Counted from the first letter of the stretch, positions 1 to 12,597 are shown. The stretch is DNA of 64,000 nt from an uncultured Solirubrobacterales bacterium (GCA_963730075.1 CAVSQH010000019.1:35150-99149), one strand, 5' to 3'. The notes: generated from the sequence alone by a model not told the origin. Program-made: numbers and translations.

Positions 1-1
1 C

Positions 2-163
2 TCCGATGTGGAGCAGTGTGCGCAGCGGGCGCTGGAGATCCTCGGCGATCCCGCGCTCGGCAAACGACTCGGCTTGGCGGGCAAGGAGACAGCCCGGCGG
101 CGGTTCCTGACGCCGCGGCTGCTACGCGACTGGCTGGAACTGTTCGAGGAACTCGGGGCGTGA
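2..163 (+). CDS. 3' end of a GT4 glycosyltransferase, probably TreT-like trehalose synthase (partial)
   Basis: Manual translation of frame 2 gives ...ALEILGDPALGKRLGLAGKETARRRFLTPRLLRDWLELFEELGA*, a GT4/TreT-like C-terminus. Lies directly upstream of the otsA-like gene. Confidence 0.6.
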   Translation, partial: SDVEQCAQRALEILGDPALGKRLGLAGKETARRRFLTPRLLRDWLELFEELGA

Positions 164-216
164 AGGTTGTCGCGGGGGCTTGACGGGGGTCGGGGGTAGG
201 GAGACGATGATGCCCG

Positions 217-1671
217 ATGTCGACTGACACACCCCTCGTCCTCGTCTCCAATCGCGGCCCGGTCACGTTCCAGCCGGGCGGTCAGATCAAGCGCGGCACC
301 GGCGGGCTGGTGACCGCCCTGATCGGCCTCGCATCGCATCGCCCGGTCACCTGGGTCGCCTCGGCGATGACCGACGAGGACGTCACCGCTGCCGAGCGCC
401 ACGGCGGACGGCCGTTCCCGGTCACGACGCCCGACGGGGACGAGTACCGGGTCAAGCTCGTCGCCTCCGACGCCCACGCCTACGACGGCTTCTACAACAT
501 CATCGCCAACCCGATGCTGTGGTTCATCCAGCATTACCTGTGGGACCTGTCAAACGCGCCCGACATCCGCCGCAACGAGACCGAGGCGTTCGAGTTCGGG
601 TACAACGCCGTCAACGAGGACCTGGCGCGAGCGGTCCTCGACGAGGTCCGCGACGTCGAGAAGCCGGTCGTGATGGTCCACGACTACCACCTGTACACGC
701 TTCCGGGGCTGATCCGCAGCCAGCGGCCGGATGCGTTCCTGCACCACTTCGTCCACATTCCGTGGAGCCAGTCGGACTCGTGGCGGGTGCTCCCGACGGT
801 GATCCGGCGCGAGATCTATGAGGGCATCCTCTCCAACGACATCATCGGCTTCCACACCCGCTCCTATCGGCACAACTTCCTGCAGTGCTGCGAGGACCTG
901 ACCGACTGCGAGGTCGACTTCAAGGGCGGAATCGTCAAGGTCGGCGACCGCGAGGTCTGGGTCCGTGCCTACCCGCTGCCGATCGACGCGAGCGCGGTCC
1001 AGGCGGTCGCCAACCGTCCCCGGGTGCGCGAGTTCGAGGGCGAGCTGCTGCGCCGCCGGCGCGACCATCTGATCCTGCGCGTCGACCGTGCCGACCTGTC
1101 GAAGAACGTGCTGCGCGGATTCAGCGCCTTTGATGTGTTCCTCGAGCAGCACCCCGAGTTCCGCGAGAACGTCACGTTCATCGCCCAGCTGATGCCGTCG
1201 CGGACGGACGTGCCCGAGTACGCCGAGTACCTCGAGCGGATCGAGGCCGTGGTCGCGGTCGTGAACCACCGTCACGGCTCGCCAGACTGGATGCCGATCC
1301 AGCTCAAGGTCCGTGACGACCTCGAGGAGGCAGTCGCCGCCTACAAGCACTACGACGTGCTGATGGTCAACGCGATGTTCGACGGCATGAACCTGGTCGC
1401 CAAGGAAGGGCCGATGGTCAACGAGCGCGCCGGCGTGTCGCTGCTGTCGGAGAACACCGGCGCGCACGAGGAGCTTGGCGAGTTCGCGCTGTCGGTCAAC
1501 CCGTTCGACATCCAGGCGCTGGCCGACTCGATCCACGCCGCGCTGACGATGCCGATCGGCGAGCGCCAGCGCCGCCACGAAGGGCTGAAGTCGATCGTGA
1601 CCGCGCGCGATCCGGGTGACTGGATCGACGAGCAGCTGGCCGACATCCGCGCCAAGGAGCGCGGTAGCTGA
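217..1671 (+). CDS. otsA: Trehalose-6-phosphate synthase family (GT20)
   Basis: Motifs VSNRGP, GGLVTAL, VHDYHL, IGFHT, VDRAD.SK and DGMNLVAKE. Confidence 0.9.
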   Translation: MSTDTPLVLVSNRGPVTFQPGGQIKRGTGGLVTALIGLASHRPVTWVASAMTDEDVTAAERHGGRPFPVTTPDGDEYRVKLVASDAHAYDGFYNIIANPMLWFIQHYLWDLSNAPDIRRNETEAFEFGYNAVNEDLARAVLDEVRDVEKPVVMVHDYHLYTLPGLIRSQRPDAFLHHFVHIPWSQSDSWRVLPTVIRREIYEGILSNDIIGFHTRSYRHNFLQCCEDLTDCEVDFKGGIVKVGDREVWVRAYPLPIDASAVQAVANRPRVREFEGELLRRRRDHLILRVDRADLSKNVLRGFSAFDVFLEQHPEFRENVTFIAQLMPSRTDVPEYAEYLERIEAVVAVVNHRHGSPDWMPIQLKVRDDLEEAVAAYKHYDVLMVNAMFDGMNLVAKEGPMVNERAGVSLLSENTGAHEELGEFALSVNPFDIQALADSIHAALTMPIGERQRRHEGLKSIVTARDPGDWIDEQLADIRAKERGS

Positions 1672-1677
1672 GCCGCC

Positions 1678-1754
1678 TGAGGGTCTTGCCGCGGCGTCCC
1701 CTCACTGGTTGAGGGTCTTGCCTCGGGCGTCCCTCACTGGTTGAGGGTCTTGCC
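1678..1754. repeat. 32-bp imperfect tandem repeat (~2.4 copies) duplicating the 3' end of the YdeI-family gene
   Basis: TGAGGGTCTTGCC occurs at 1678, 1710 and 1742; CCCTCACTGGT precedes the second and third copies. Confidence 0.85.
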
Positions 1755-2396
1755 CTCGCTCAGCAGCTCGATGTAGCGCGCGATCCGCTCGGCCCGCTTG
1801 GCCGGGGTCTTGACGCCATGCAGCCGGAACAGGAATGAATACCGGCGCGAGCCGGTCAGGGTGGCGAAGAACTCGGCCGCGGCGGGATTGGCGTTCAACG
1901 CTTGTTGGAGGTCATCGGGCACGGTCGCGCGGCTCTGGGGTTCATAGGCCGAGTGCCAGCGCCCGTCCGCGATCGCGGCGGAGATCTGGTCGTGGCCCGC
2001 CTGGCGCATCCGGCCCTGTTTGATCAGCTCGGTGGCCTTCGCCCGGTTGACCTGCGACCACTTGCTGCGCGGGCCCCGCGGGGTGAAGCGCTGCAGGAAG
2101 AACGAGTCGTCATAGGAGTTGCGCCGCGCGTCGATCCAGCCGAAGCAGATCGCGGCATCGAGCACGTCTGGGTAGCCCACGGTCACCGCCCCCGAGCCCT
2201 TCTTGGCGATCTTGAGCCAGACGCCCGGGGAGTCAGTGTGGTTGCGTTCGAGCCACTGCTCCCAATCGGCCAGGTCGGCGAGCTGGAGGGGGGCGTCCTG
2301 GTCGCCGGGGGCCTTGCCGGCGGTGCGGCGCGGAAGTGGCTTGGACTGCCCCGTCGGGGGCGGGACGGGATCTGCGCTTGGCGGGGATCTCGCCAT
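1734..2396 (-). CDS. YdeI/OmpD-associated family protein
   Basis: WEQWLERNH, GVWLKIAKK, AICFGWID, RFTPR..RSKWS and VPDDLQQAL. Confidence 0.9.
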   Translation of the reverse strand: MARSPPSADPVPPPTGQSKPLPRRTAGKAPGDQDAPLQLADLADWEQWLERNHTDSPGVWLKIAKKGSGAVTVGYPDVLDAAICFGWIDARRNSYDDSFFLQRFTPRGPRSKWSQVNRAKATELIKQGRMRQAGHDQISAAIADGRWHSAYEPQSRATVPDDLQQALNANPAAAEFFATLTGSRRYSFLFRLHGVKTPAKRAERIARYIELLSEGKTLNQ

Positions 2397-2446
2397 GATC
2401 GCACCCGCTATAGTCGGCCGCCGCCCCGCCCTACGGGCGTTTAGCT

Positions 2447-2812
2447 ATGGCTGCTGAGACACCGCTCTATGACCTGATGATCGTCATCTCGACCGAGGTC
2501 GAGGAGGATCGGCGCGCGAAGATCCTGTCCGACGTCGAGACCCAGATCACGTCCGGCGGCGGCACGATGGAGCGCAACGATGACTGGCGCACCCGAGCGC
2601 TCGCCTACGAGATCAACCACCAGCGCGAGGGCGAGTACCACCTGATCCAGTTCAAGGGCGCGCCGGCGCTGATCGAGTCGCTGTCACACAGCCTGCGGAT
2701 CGACGACGCCGTGCTCCGGTTCCGGATCATCAAGGTCCTGCCCGGCACGCCGCCGCCCCCCGAGGCCGCGCCCCCGGTCGTGGCTGTCGCGCCGGCTCCG
2801 GCCGAGTCCTAG
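2447..2812 (+). CDS. rpsF: 30S ribosomal protein S6
   Basis: YDLMIVI...W.TRALAYEI...GEYHLIQF...VLRFRI; canonical rpsF-ssb-rpsR-rplI order. Confidence 0.95.
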   Translation: MAAETPLYDLMIVISTEVEEDRRAKILSDVETQITSGGGTMERNDDWRTRALAYEINHQREGEYHLIQFKGAPALIESLSHSLRIDDAVLRFRIIKVLPGTPPPPEAAPPVVAVAPAPAES

Positions 2813-2982
2813 CGGTCGGTCAGCGCGCCGCTTTCACACAAAAGCGTGACCGCGTGTGCCAGGACGGGCACTGAATCGAAACGTTTCCGACCATTTTCCG
2901 CTGACTGCCGAGGTAGCCGTCTGCCCTCGCCATAGACTCGGTAAACGAGCTTTCAACGTCCTTGGGAAAGGAGCCTCGAGCA

Positions 2983-3453
2983 ATGGCAGGTACGAACATA
3001 AACCGGGTGATCATCACCGGGAATCTGACGAAGGATCCGGATCTCAGCTCGGTCTCGTCGACCGGTACATCGGTGTGCTCGCTGCGGATCGCATGCAACG
3101 GCCGACGCCGCAATCCGGAGACCAATCAGTGGGAGGATCAGCCCAACTACTTCGACGTCACGGTGTGGGGCGCGCAGGGCGAGAACTGCGCCAAGTACCT
3201 CAGCAAGGGACGGCCGGTCGCGATCGACGGCCGCCTGCGCTGGCGTGAGTGGACGAGCCCCGAGGGACAAAAGCGCCAAGCGGTCGATATCATCGCTGAA
3301 TCCGTGCAGTTTCTCGGCGGGCGTGATGACGCTGGCAATGGGAACGGGTTCTCCAGCAGCGTTCGCACGACGGAGAGCGACGTCCCGATTGACACCGGCG
3401 ATTTCGAGCGCACTCCGGTGAGCGCAGGAGCAGACGAAGACATTCCGTTCTAG
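2983..3453 (+). CDS. ssb: Single-stranded DNA-binding protein
   Basis: INRVIITGNLTKDP, YLSKGRPVAIDGRL and a C-terminal EDIPF. AAGGAG lies upstream of the ATG at 2983. Confidence 0.97.
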   Translation: MAGTNINRVIITGNLTKDPDLSSVSSTGTSVCSLRIACNGRRRNPETNQWEDQPNYFDVTVWGAQGENCAKYLSKGRPVAIDGRLRWREWTSPEGQKRQAVDIIAESVQFLGGRDDAGNGNGFSSSVRTTESDVPIDTGDFERTPVSAGADEDIPF

Positions 3454-3498
3454 AGCGCACTCCGCGCTCTCAAACGCAACAAGCTAGGCTGAATCGAA

Positions 3499-3829
3499 GT
3501 GGCAAAGCAACGCAGACGACCGGTACGCCGGCGCGACCGAAAGGGCGGGCTCGACATCGACCCGTCGCAAGTCGTGCCCGTACTGCCGCGACAAGATCGA
3601 TCAGGTGGACTACAAGGACGTGTCCATGCTGCGCCGGTTCATCTCCGAGCGCGGCAAGATCCGCTCACGGCGGATCACCGGTGCGTGCCGCCGTCACCAG
3701 AGCCAGGTCGCGCGTGCGGTCAAGCGTGCGCGCGAGCTCGCGCTGCTCCCATACGTCGCTGAGGGCAGCGAGCACCGGGGCGGCCGTGGTGATCGTGACC
3801 GCGACCGCGACCGTGATCGCGACCGCTAG
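3499..3829 (+). CDS. rpsR: 30S ribosomal protein S18 (Zn-ribbon type), apparent extra base near 3548
   Basis: Removing one G from GGGCGGGCTCG joins MAKQRRRPVRRRDRKGG to STSTRRKSCPYCRDKIDQVDYKDVSMLRRFISERGKIRSRRITGACRRHQ. Confidence 0.93.
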
Positions 3830-3846
3830 TCGGGAGACGGTCCCAG

Positions 3847-4296
3847 ATGCCCCAGGCGATCCTGCTTGAAGATGTCGAGTCGCTCGGCGAGCGCGGAAAG
3901 GTTGTCGACGTGTCCGCCGGCTACCTGCGCAACTACCTGGTGCCGCGAAAGCTCGCCGAGCCGGCGACGACCTCTTCGATCAAGCTCGCCCAGAAGCGCC
4001 GCGAGGATGCCGAGCGGGCCGTGCGCGAGGCCGAGGAGCGCTCCCGTGAGAGCGCTGCCGTGCTCGGTCGCACGGTGCTGACGATCCCGCAGCAGGCCGG
4101 CGACGACGGCCGGCTGTTCGGCTCGGTCACCACGCAGGACATCGCTGACGCGATCCGCGACGCCCGCGGCATCCGCGTCGACCGACGCAAGATCCACCTC
4201 GAGGAGCCGATCCGTAATGTCGGCACCTACATGGTCGTCGTCGAGATCGCCGACGAGGTGACGGCGACGGTCAAGACCATGGTCGTCGCGGCTTAG
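3847..4296 (+). CDS. rplI: 50S ribosomal protein L9
   Basis: ILLEDVESLGERG.VVDVSAGYLRNYLVP and GRLFGSVT. Confidence 0.97.
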   Translation: MPQAILLEDVESLGERGKVVDVSAGYLRNYLVPRKLAEPATTSSIKLAQKRREDAERAVREAEERSRESAAVLGRTVLTIPQQAGDDGRLFGSVTTQDIADAIRDARGIRVDRRKIHLEEPIRNVGTYMVVVEIADEVTATVKTMVVAA

Positions 4297-4307
4297 CTTG
4301 TCGGTTT

Positions 4308-4411
4308 AGGGGAGCAAGGCCAGCGCGTCCCGCGCAGGATGCGCTGGGGCGCGGTGCGTGGACCGGCGAGCCGACGATGCGACCTGCGCGTGACCGCGAC
4401 CTTGCTCCCCT
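4308..4411. repeat. Long imperfect inverted repeat after rplI
   Basis: AGGGGAGCAAGG (4308-4319) pairs with CCTTGCTCCCCT (4400-4411); CGCGCAGG (4331-4338) pairs with CCTGCGCG (4383-4390). Confidence 0.75.
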
Positions 4412-4720
4412 TAAGAGCGGACAACGGCGACAACGACCACGGCCCCTGACACGCCGGTTAAGACCCTCCCTCCGAAGCGGTGGGGAAAGACAAAGGCGCT
4501 GGGGCGAGGAGTCCGCTCGTGCGCGGCTTTGTTGTTGATCTGGGTGGGGCGCAGGTCCCGCCATCGGCCCGGTCGCGTCGTCGGCGCCTCGGCAGCGGTT
4601 CCGCGCTCAACCCGAGCACCCCGGGGCCGCATGGCGGCGACCTCACCCCACCGTTCGAAAACCACCCCAAAAACAATCGCCCGCATCAAGCGGGAACGAG
4701 CTCGCCCCAGACGCCGCCCC

Positions 4721-4734
4721 CGAACTTATATTCG
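4721..4734 (+). promoter_or_regulatory. Putative LexA (SOS) box upstream of dnaB
   Basis: CGAACTTATATTCG is one mismatch from CGAAC-N4-GTTCG and ends 8 bp before the ATG. Confidence 0.5.
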
Positions 4735-4742
4735 ACCGACCG

Positions 4743-6099
4743 ATGAGCACCGTCCAGAACATCGCCGTTCCGCCTCACAACCTCGAGGCTGAGAAGTCCG
4801 TTCTCGGGGCGGTGCTGCTCGACGAGCGCCACCTCCATGGCCTGCTCGTCGACGAGCAGCTGCGTCCCGAGCACTTCTACCGCGAGCAGTACGGGGCGGT
4901 CTTCTCGGCGATGCTCGAGCTTTACGAGAACGACCGCAAGATCGACCACCTGACGGTCTCCGAGACGCTCAAGCAGGACGGCAAGCTCGAGGAGCTCGGC
5001 GGGGTCGAGGTGATCGACGAGCTCTCCGGCTGGGTCCCGGCCGCGGGCCACGCGCGCGAGTACGGCCGGATCGTGCGCGACAACGCCCAGATGCGGGCGC
5101 TGCTGACCACGTCGTACGAGATCCAGGCCAGCGTCCTCGCCCGCGAGGCCCCGGCCCGCGACCTGGTCGAGCGCGCCGAGCGGTCGGTGCTCGAGGTCGC
5201 CCACGACGACCGCCAGAAGAAGATCCGCTCGATCGGGGACATCCTCGACGAGGAGACCGACAAGCTCCACCGCCTCTCGATCGCCAAGACGCCGCTGACC
5301 GGGACCCCGTCGGGCTTCAAGGACCTCGACGAGAAGACCGGCGGCTTCCAGCCCGGCAACCTGGTCGTGATCGCGGCGCGGCCGTCGATGGGCAAGTCGG
5401 CGCTGGTCGCCAACATCGCCGAGAACGCGGTGCTGGCCGGCTATCCCGGTGGCGCTGTTCTCGCTCGAGATGTCCGAGTCAGAGCTCGCCCAGCGCTTCG
5501 TCGCCTCCCAGGCGCGGATCAAGGGCGAGGACCTGCGCCGCGGCAAGGTCGCCGAACAGCGATGGCCGAAGATCCTCGACGCCTGCCAGCGGCTCTCCGA
5601 GGCGCCTCTGTACGTCGATGACTCGAGCGACACCGGCGTGCTCGAGGTCCGCGCCAAGGCCCGCCGCCTGCACGGCAAGATCGACGGCGGCCTGGGCCTG
5701 ATCATCATCGACTACCTGCAGCTGATGCGCCACGAGGGGCGGGTCGAGAGCCGCGTCGAGCAGGTGGGCCAGATCAGCCGCGGCCTCAAGGGGCTCGCCC
5801 GCGAGCTCAACGTGCCGGTGATCGCGCTCTCGCAGCTCAGCCGCGCCGTGGAGCAGCGCGGCGGCGAGAAGAAGCCGATTCTCTCCGATTTACGTGAATC
5901 CGGGCAAATCGAGCAGGACTCCGACCTCGTGATGTTCATCTACCGCGAGGAGTACTACGAGAAGGAGTCCGAGCGACCCGGCGAGGCGGACATCATCATC
6001 GCCAAGCACCGCAACGGGCCGATCGGTGACGTCGTGCTGACGTTCCAGAAGGAGTACCCGAAGTTCATGAACTACGCCGGGGAGCGGTTCGCGCAATGA
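4743..6099 (+). CDS. dnaB: Replicative DNA helicase, apparent extra base near 5445
   Basis: PPHNLEAEKSVLGA and AARPSMGKS are in one frame; FSLEMS, IDYLQLM, LSQLSRAVE and SDLRESGQIEQD are in the next. Deleting one C in TATCCCGGTG joins them. Confidence 0.95.
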
Positions 6100-6806
6100 C
6101 CGCGGCGACGGCATCCGAGCGACTCCAGGCTTGCCCGTTCGAACTCTGCGACGGCAGCGGCTTCCTCTACGACGAGGAGACCAACACCGCTTACGACTGC
6201 CGCTGCCGGCCCCAGCGGGTCGCGCGCGCGAAGGCGCGCAGCCTGTCGGCGGTGATCCCCCGCCGCTACCGGGACGTCTCGTTCGACCGGCCGCCGGTCA
6301 CCGAGATCGACGCTGCGATCGTCGCCGCCACCCGCCGGTACGCGAGCACAGTCGAGGACCAGCTCGACGCCGGGCGCGGCCTGTGGTTCATGGGACCGCC
6401 CGGAACCGGGAAGACGACGCTGGCGATGCTCGTCTCCCAGTCGGCGCTCAAGGCCGGGCGGTCAGTCGCGATCTACTCGCTGCCCCGGCTTTTGAATGAG
6501 ATCCGTGACACGCACCGCGCCGAACGGTCCCACGTCGACCTGCTCGATCGGCTGACCGAGGTCGACCTCCTCCACATCGATGACGTCGGCGCCGAGCGGA
6601 CGACAGACTGGGTGCTCGAGGAGCTCTACTCGATCGTCAACGGCCGCTACGAGGACGAGCGCTCGATGGTGATCACGACCAACATCCTCGACCGCGAGGC
6701 GCTGTGCGAGCAGATCAGCGCCCGCACGGTCTCACGGCTGACCGAGATGTGTGACGAGCTGCCGCTGCTCGGCGACGATCACCGGATGGACCTCAGCACC
6801 GCCTGA
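6096..6806 (+). CDS. DnaC/DnaI/IstB-family AAA+ ATPase, probable helicase loader
   Basis: N-terminal CPFELCDGSG...CRC, Walker A GPPGTGKT, Walker B LLHIDDVGAE, ITTN and SRLTEM. Overlaps the dnaB stop by ATGA. Confidence 0.85.
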   Translation: MTAATASERLQACPFELCDGSGFLYDEETNTAYDCRCRPQRVARAKARSLSAVIPRRYRDVSFDRPPVTEIDAAIVAATRRYASTVEDQLDAGRGLWFMGPPGTGKTTLAMLVSQSALKAGRSVAIYSLPRLLNEIRDTHRAERSHVDLLDRLTEVDLLHIDDVGAERTTDWVLEELYSIVNGRYEDERSMVITTNILDREALCEQISARTVSRLTEMCDELPLLGDDHRMDLSTA

Positions 6807-6824
6807 CGTCAGCCGGCGGCCGGC

Positions 6825-9678
<2,854 letters not shown>

Positions 9679-9689
<11 letters not shown>

Positions 9690-10695
9690 CGACGGGGCTC
9701 CCGCGGCGCGAACTCTCAAGCGACTGCTGCAGGGCCTCGAGCACCCGCACGACGCGCAGGCCGCTGGCCCCGTCCGAGCGCGGTCGCGCACCTGTAAGCG
9801 CGCACTCGACGAAGTGCTCGCATTCGATCCGCAGCGGTTCCTCGTTCCCGATCCGGGGCGAGAAGATGTCCCCGCTGCGCGTGATGTACTCGCCGTAGTC
9901 GCGGGCGTCCTCGTCGAATCCCTTGTCGTAGAGCGTCAGCTTGCGCTCGAGCTCCATGTCATCGAAGGTCGCCATCCGACTTGACCCGACGATCGTGAAG
10001 CGGCGCTCCTTGTGCGGGTCGAGCCAGGACAGATGCAGGTGCGCCGCGAGGCCGGACGGGAATCGCATGAAGCAGAAGACGACGTCCTCGACGCCGTCAC
10101 GGACATACGACTCTCCATGCGCGACGACCTCGTTGGGCTCCTCGTCGGCCAGATGGAGCACGACCGAGACGTCGTGGGCGCCGAGGCTCCAGAGCGCGTT
10201 CTCGTCCGCGCGCAGCTTGCCGAGGTTCAGCCGGTTGCCGTAGATGTAGTAGATGTGATCGCCGAGCTCGCCCGAATCGGCCAGCTCCTTGAGCTTCGCA
10301 ATCCCCGGGTGGTACTCGAGCAGGTGGCCGACCATCAGGACCTTGCCGGTCGCCTCGGCCGCCGCGACCACCCGCTCGGCGTCGGCGACTGACTGCGCGA
10401 GTGGCTTCTCGACGAAGCAGTGTTTGCCCGCCTCGAGCACCCTGACTGCGAGCTCGGCATGCGTCGGGACCGGCGTGGCGAGCGCAACCGCGTCAAGCGT
10501 CGGATCCTCGAGCAGCTCGTCGAGCTCACCGGTCAGCCGCGTACCGGGGAACTGGGGCGCGACACGGGCGCGAGCGTCCTCGGAGGCGTCACAGCAGTAG
10601 ACCAGCTCGGATCGCTGGATCCCCGCGAAGTTGCGGGCCAGGTTCGGACCCCAGTACCCGAGCCCGACGACGCCGATGCGCAGCGGCGCGCTCAT
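9679..10695 (-). CDS. Gfo/Idh/MocA oxidoreductase
   Basis: IGVVGLGYWGPNLARNF, GKHCFVEKP and WSLGAHD. Confidence 0.92.
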
Positions 10696-10720
10696 CTGGT
10701 GTGCAGGGCGTGCTCGGGCC

Positions 10721-11791
10721 TCATGGCGACAGCAGTGTAAGCGCCGCCACGACGCGCTCCCCCGCCCGCCCGTCTCCGTACAGCTCCGGGTGCGTCGGCG
10801 GCGGTCGGCGCTCCAGCGCCGCGACCGCGGCCCGCGAGTCGAGGTCCACGAGCACGTTCCACCCCTGCTCGACCGTCTCGGTCCACTCGGTGCTGGGACG
10901 CAGCGTGATGCACGGGACCCTCGCCAGATAGGCCTCCTTCTGCAGCCCGCCCGAGTCGGTCAGGACCGCTTTGGCGTTGCACAACAGCGCCATCAGCTCG
11001 AAATACCCGAGCGGCTCGGTCACGGTGATGGAGGGTGTCACGCGCAGCGCCTCGAGCATCCCGGCCGCCTTCAGCCTCGCCTCGGTACGTGGGTGCAGCG
11101 CCAGTACGACGGGCAACGGCATCGCGGACAGCACCCCGACCAGCCGCCGCAGCCGCGCCGGGTCATCGACGTTGCCCGCCCGGTGCGCCGTTGCCAGGAG
11201 ATAGCCCCCCGGTGACACGCCGTGCGCAGCGACCAGATCGGCTCGCTCCCGCGCCTCCGACTGGGCCTTGATCGCGACGTCGACCATCACGTCGCCGACC
11301 AGCTCCGAGACGCCCGCGACACCCTCGTGCCGGAGATTGGTCATCGCGACCTCGCTCGAGCACAACAGCAGCGCGCTCGCGTGATCGACCAGCACCCGGT
11401 TGAGCTCCTCGGGCATCGAACGGTCGAAGGAGCGCATGCCGGCTTCGACGTGAGCGACCGGGATCCCGATCTGGGCCGCGGCCAGCGCGCCCGCGAGCGT
11501 CGAATTCGTGTCCCCATAGACGAGCACGACATCCGGCCTCTCGCGCTCGAGCACCGGCTCGAGCGCCTTCAACATTCGCGCCGTCTGTGAGGTGCTCGAG
11601 CCGAGCGAGACGCCGAGTTGCTCGTCGGGGGCCGGCAGCCCGAGCTCGGCGAAGAAGATCGCCGACAGACGGTCGTCGAAGTGCTGCCCGGTGTGCACCA
11701 GCAGCTCCTCGTGAATCTCTCGCAGCCTCGGCGAGACGGCCGCCGCCTTGATGAACTGAGGGCGGTTGCCGATTACGGTGAGGATCTTCAC
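10721..11791 (-). CDS. wecB: UDP-N-acetylglucosamine 2-epimerase (non-hydrolysing, WecB/WbpI-like)
   Basis: GNRPQFIK, HTGQH, GDTNST, HVEAGMRS, PEELNR and TDSGGLQKEA. GTG start overlaps the upstream stop. Confidence 0.93.
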   Translation of the reverse strand: MKILTVIGNRPQFIKAAAVSPRLREIHEELLVHTGQHFDDRLSAIFFAELGLPAPDEQLGVSLGSSTSQTARMLKALEPVLERERPDVVLVYGDTNSTLAGALAAAQIGIPVAHVEAGMRSFDRSMPEELNRVLVDHASALLLCSSEVAMTNLRHEGVAGVSELVGDVMVDVAIKAQSEARERADLVAAHGVSPGGYLLATAHRAGNVDDPARLRRLVGVLSAMPLPVVLALHPRTEARLKAAGMLEALRVTPSITVTEPLGYFELMALLCNAKAVLTDSGGLQKEAYLARVPCITLRPSTEWTETVEQGWNVLVDLDSRAAVAALERRPPPTHPELYGDGRAGERVVAALTLLSP

Positions 11792-12597
11792 TCGTGCAGC
11801 TCTGAGCGGATTCGCTCGCTGACCGCCGCTGCGGCGCGAGCGGTGATCGTGCCGTCGTCGGGGAAGGCGTGCTCGTCGACTGCCACCACCGGCTGCACCT
11901 CGCGCGTGGTCGAGGCGATGAACACCTCGTCTGCCGCGAGCAGCTGCTCCAGCGGGCACACCCGCTCCTGTGCGCCGGCCACGTCGATCACGACCGCCCG
12001 GGTGATCGAGGCGAGGATGTGCTCGTCGAGCGGGGGGGTGAACATCTCGCCGCCGTCGACCCAGAAGATAGAACTCGTCGGCGCCTCGAGCACTCGGCCG
12101 TGCGGCGTGACGAGCAGCGCTTCGTCATAACCCTGCTCGCGTGCGAGCCGGCCGGCCAGCATATTGGCGGCATACGACAGCGACTTGACCCCATCGAGGA
12201 TCCGCGTCGGCGCGTAGGTGATCGACATCAGCCGCAGGCGGTCGGGCGTCTGCGGCAGCGGCTCGGTCAGCAGCAGCCGGCGCCCGCCGCGCGTGAGCAC
12301 GATCCGCAGCAGGTCATGGTCGGGGCCCGGGCCGGCGTGCGCGAGCAGCCGATGGCCGTCGGACCGGACCGCCTCGACGTCGATCTCAAGGCGGAGATTG
12401 TCGGCCGACCGCTGCAGCCGCGCAAGGTGGCGCTCGAGCGCGTACGGCTGGCCGTCGTACACGCGCACGACCTCGAACACCCCGTCACCGCGGATCAATC
12501 CCTCATCGGTGGCAGGGATCGTCGCCTCCGCAGCGGGCATGATGTCGCCGTCCAGCGAGGCCAGCGAGGCCAGCGAGCTTATGCCCTGGGCGCTCAC
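11788..12597 (-). CDS. Class IV PLP-dependent aminotransferase/lyase
   Basis: GDGVFE, HLARLQRSA, VKSLSY, EALL, ILASITR and ASTTREV. Confidence 0.9.
   Translation of the reverse strand: MSAQGISSLASLASLDGDIMPAAEATIPATDEGLIRGDGVFEVVRVYDGQPYALERHLARLQRSADNLRLEIDVEAVRSDGHRLLAHAGPGPDHDLLRIVLTRGGRRLLLTEPLPQTPDRLRLMSITYAPTRILDGVKSLSYAANMLAGRLAREQGYDEALLVTPHGRVLEAPTSSIFWVDGGEMFTPPLDEHILASITRAVVIDVAGAQERVCPLEQLLAADEVFIASTTREVQPVVAVDEHAFPDDGTITARAAAAVSERIRSELHE

Noticed and set aside
1678-1754. Mini CRISPR array
   Set aside because: Repeat units are contiguous with no unique spacers, they copy a gene end, and there are no cas genes.
4308-4411. SRP or 6S RNA
   Set aside because: The SRP GGAA-loop signature is absent and the hairpin is too short for a typical 6S RNA. 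Kept only as an unassigned hairpin.
3540-5460. Programmed ribosomal frameshifting in rpsR and dnaB
   Set aside because: No slippery heptamers, and similar indels occur in unrelated genes, so sequence error is simpler.
6096-6806. IS21 element (IstB)
   Set aside because: No IstA/DDE transposase and no terminal inverted repeats; the gene is coupled to dnaB.
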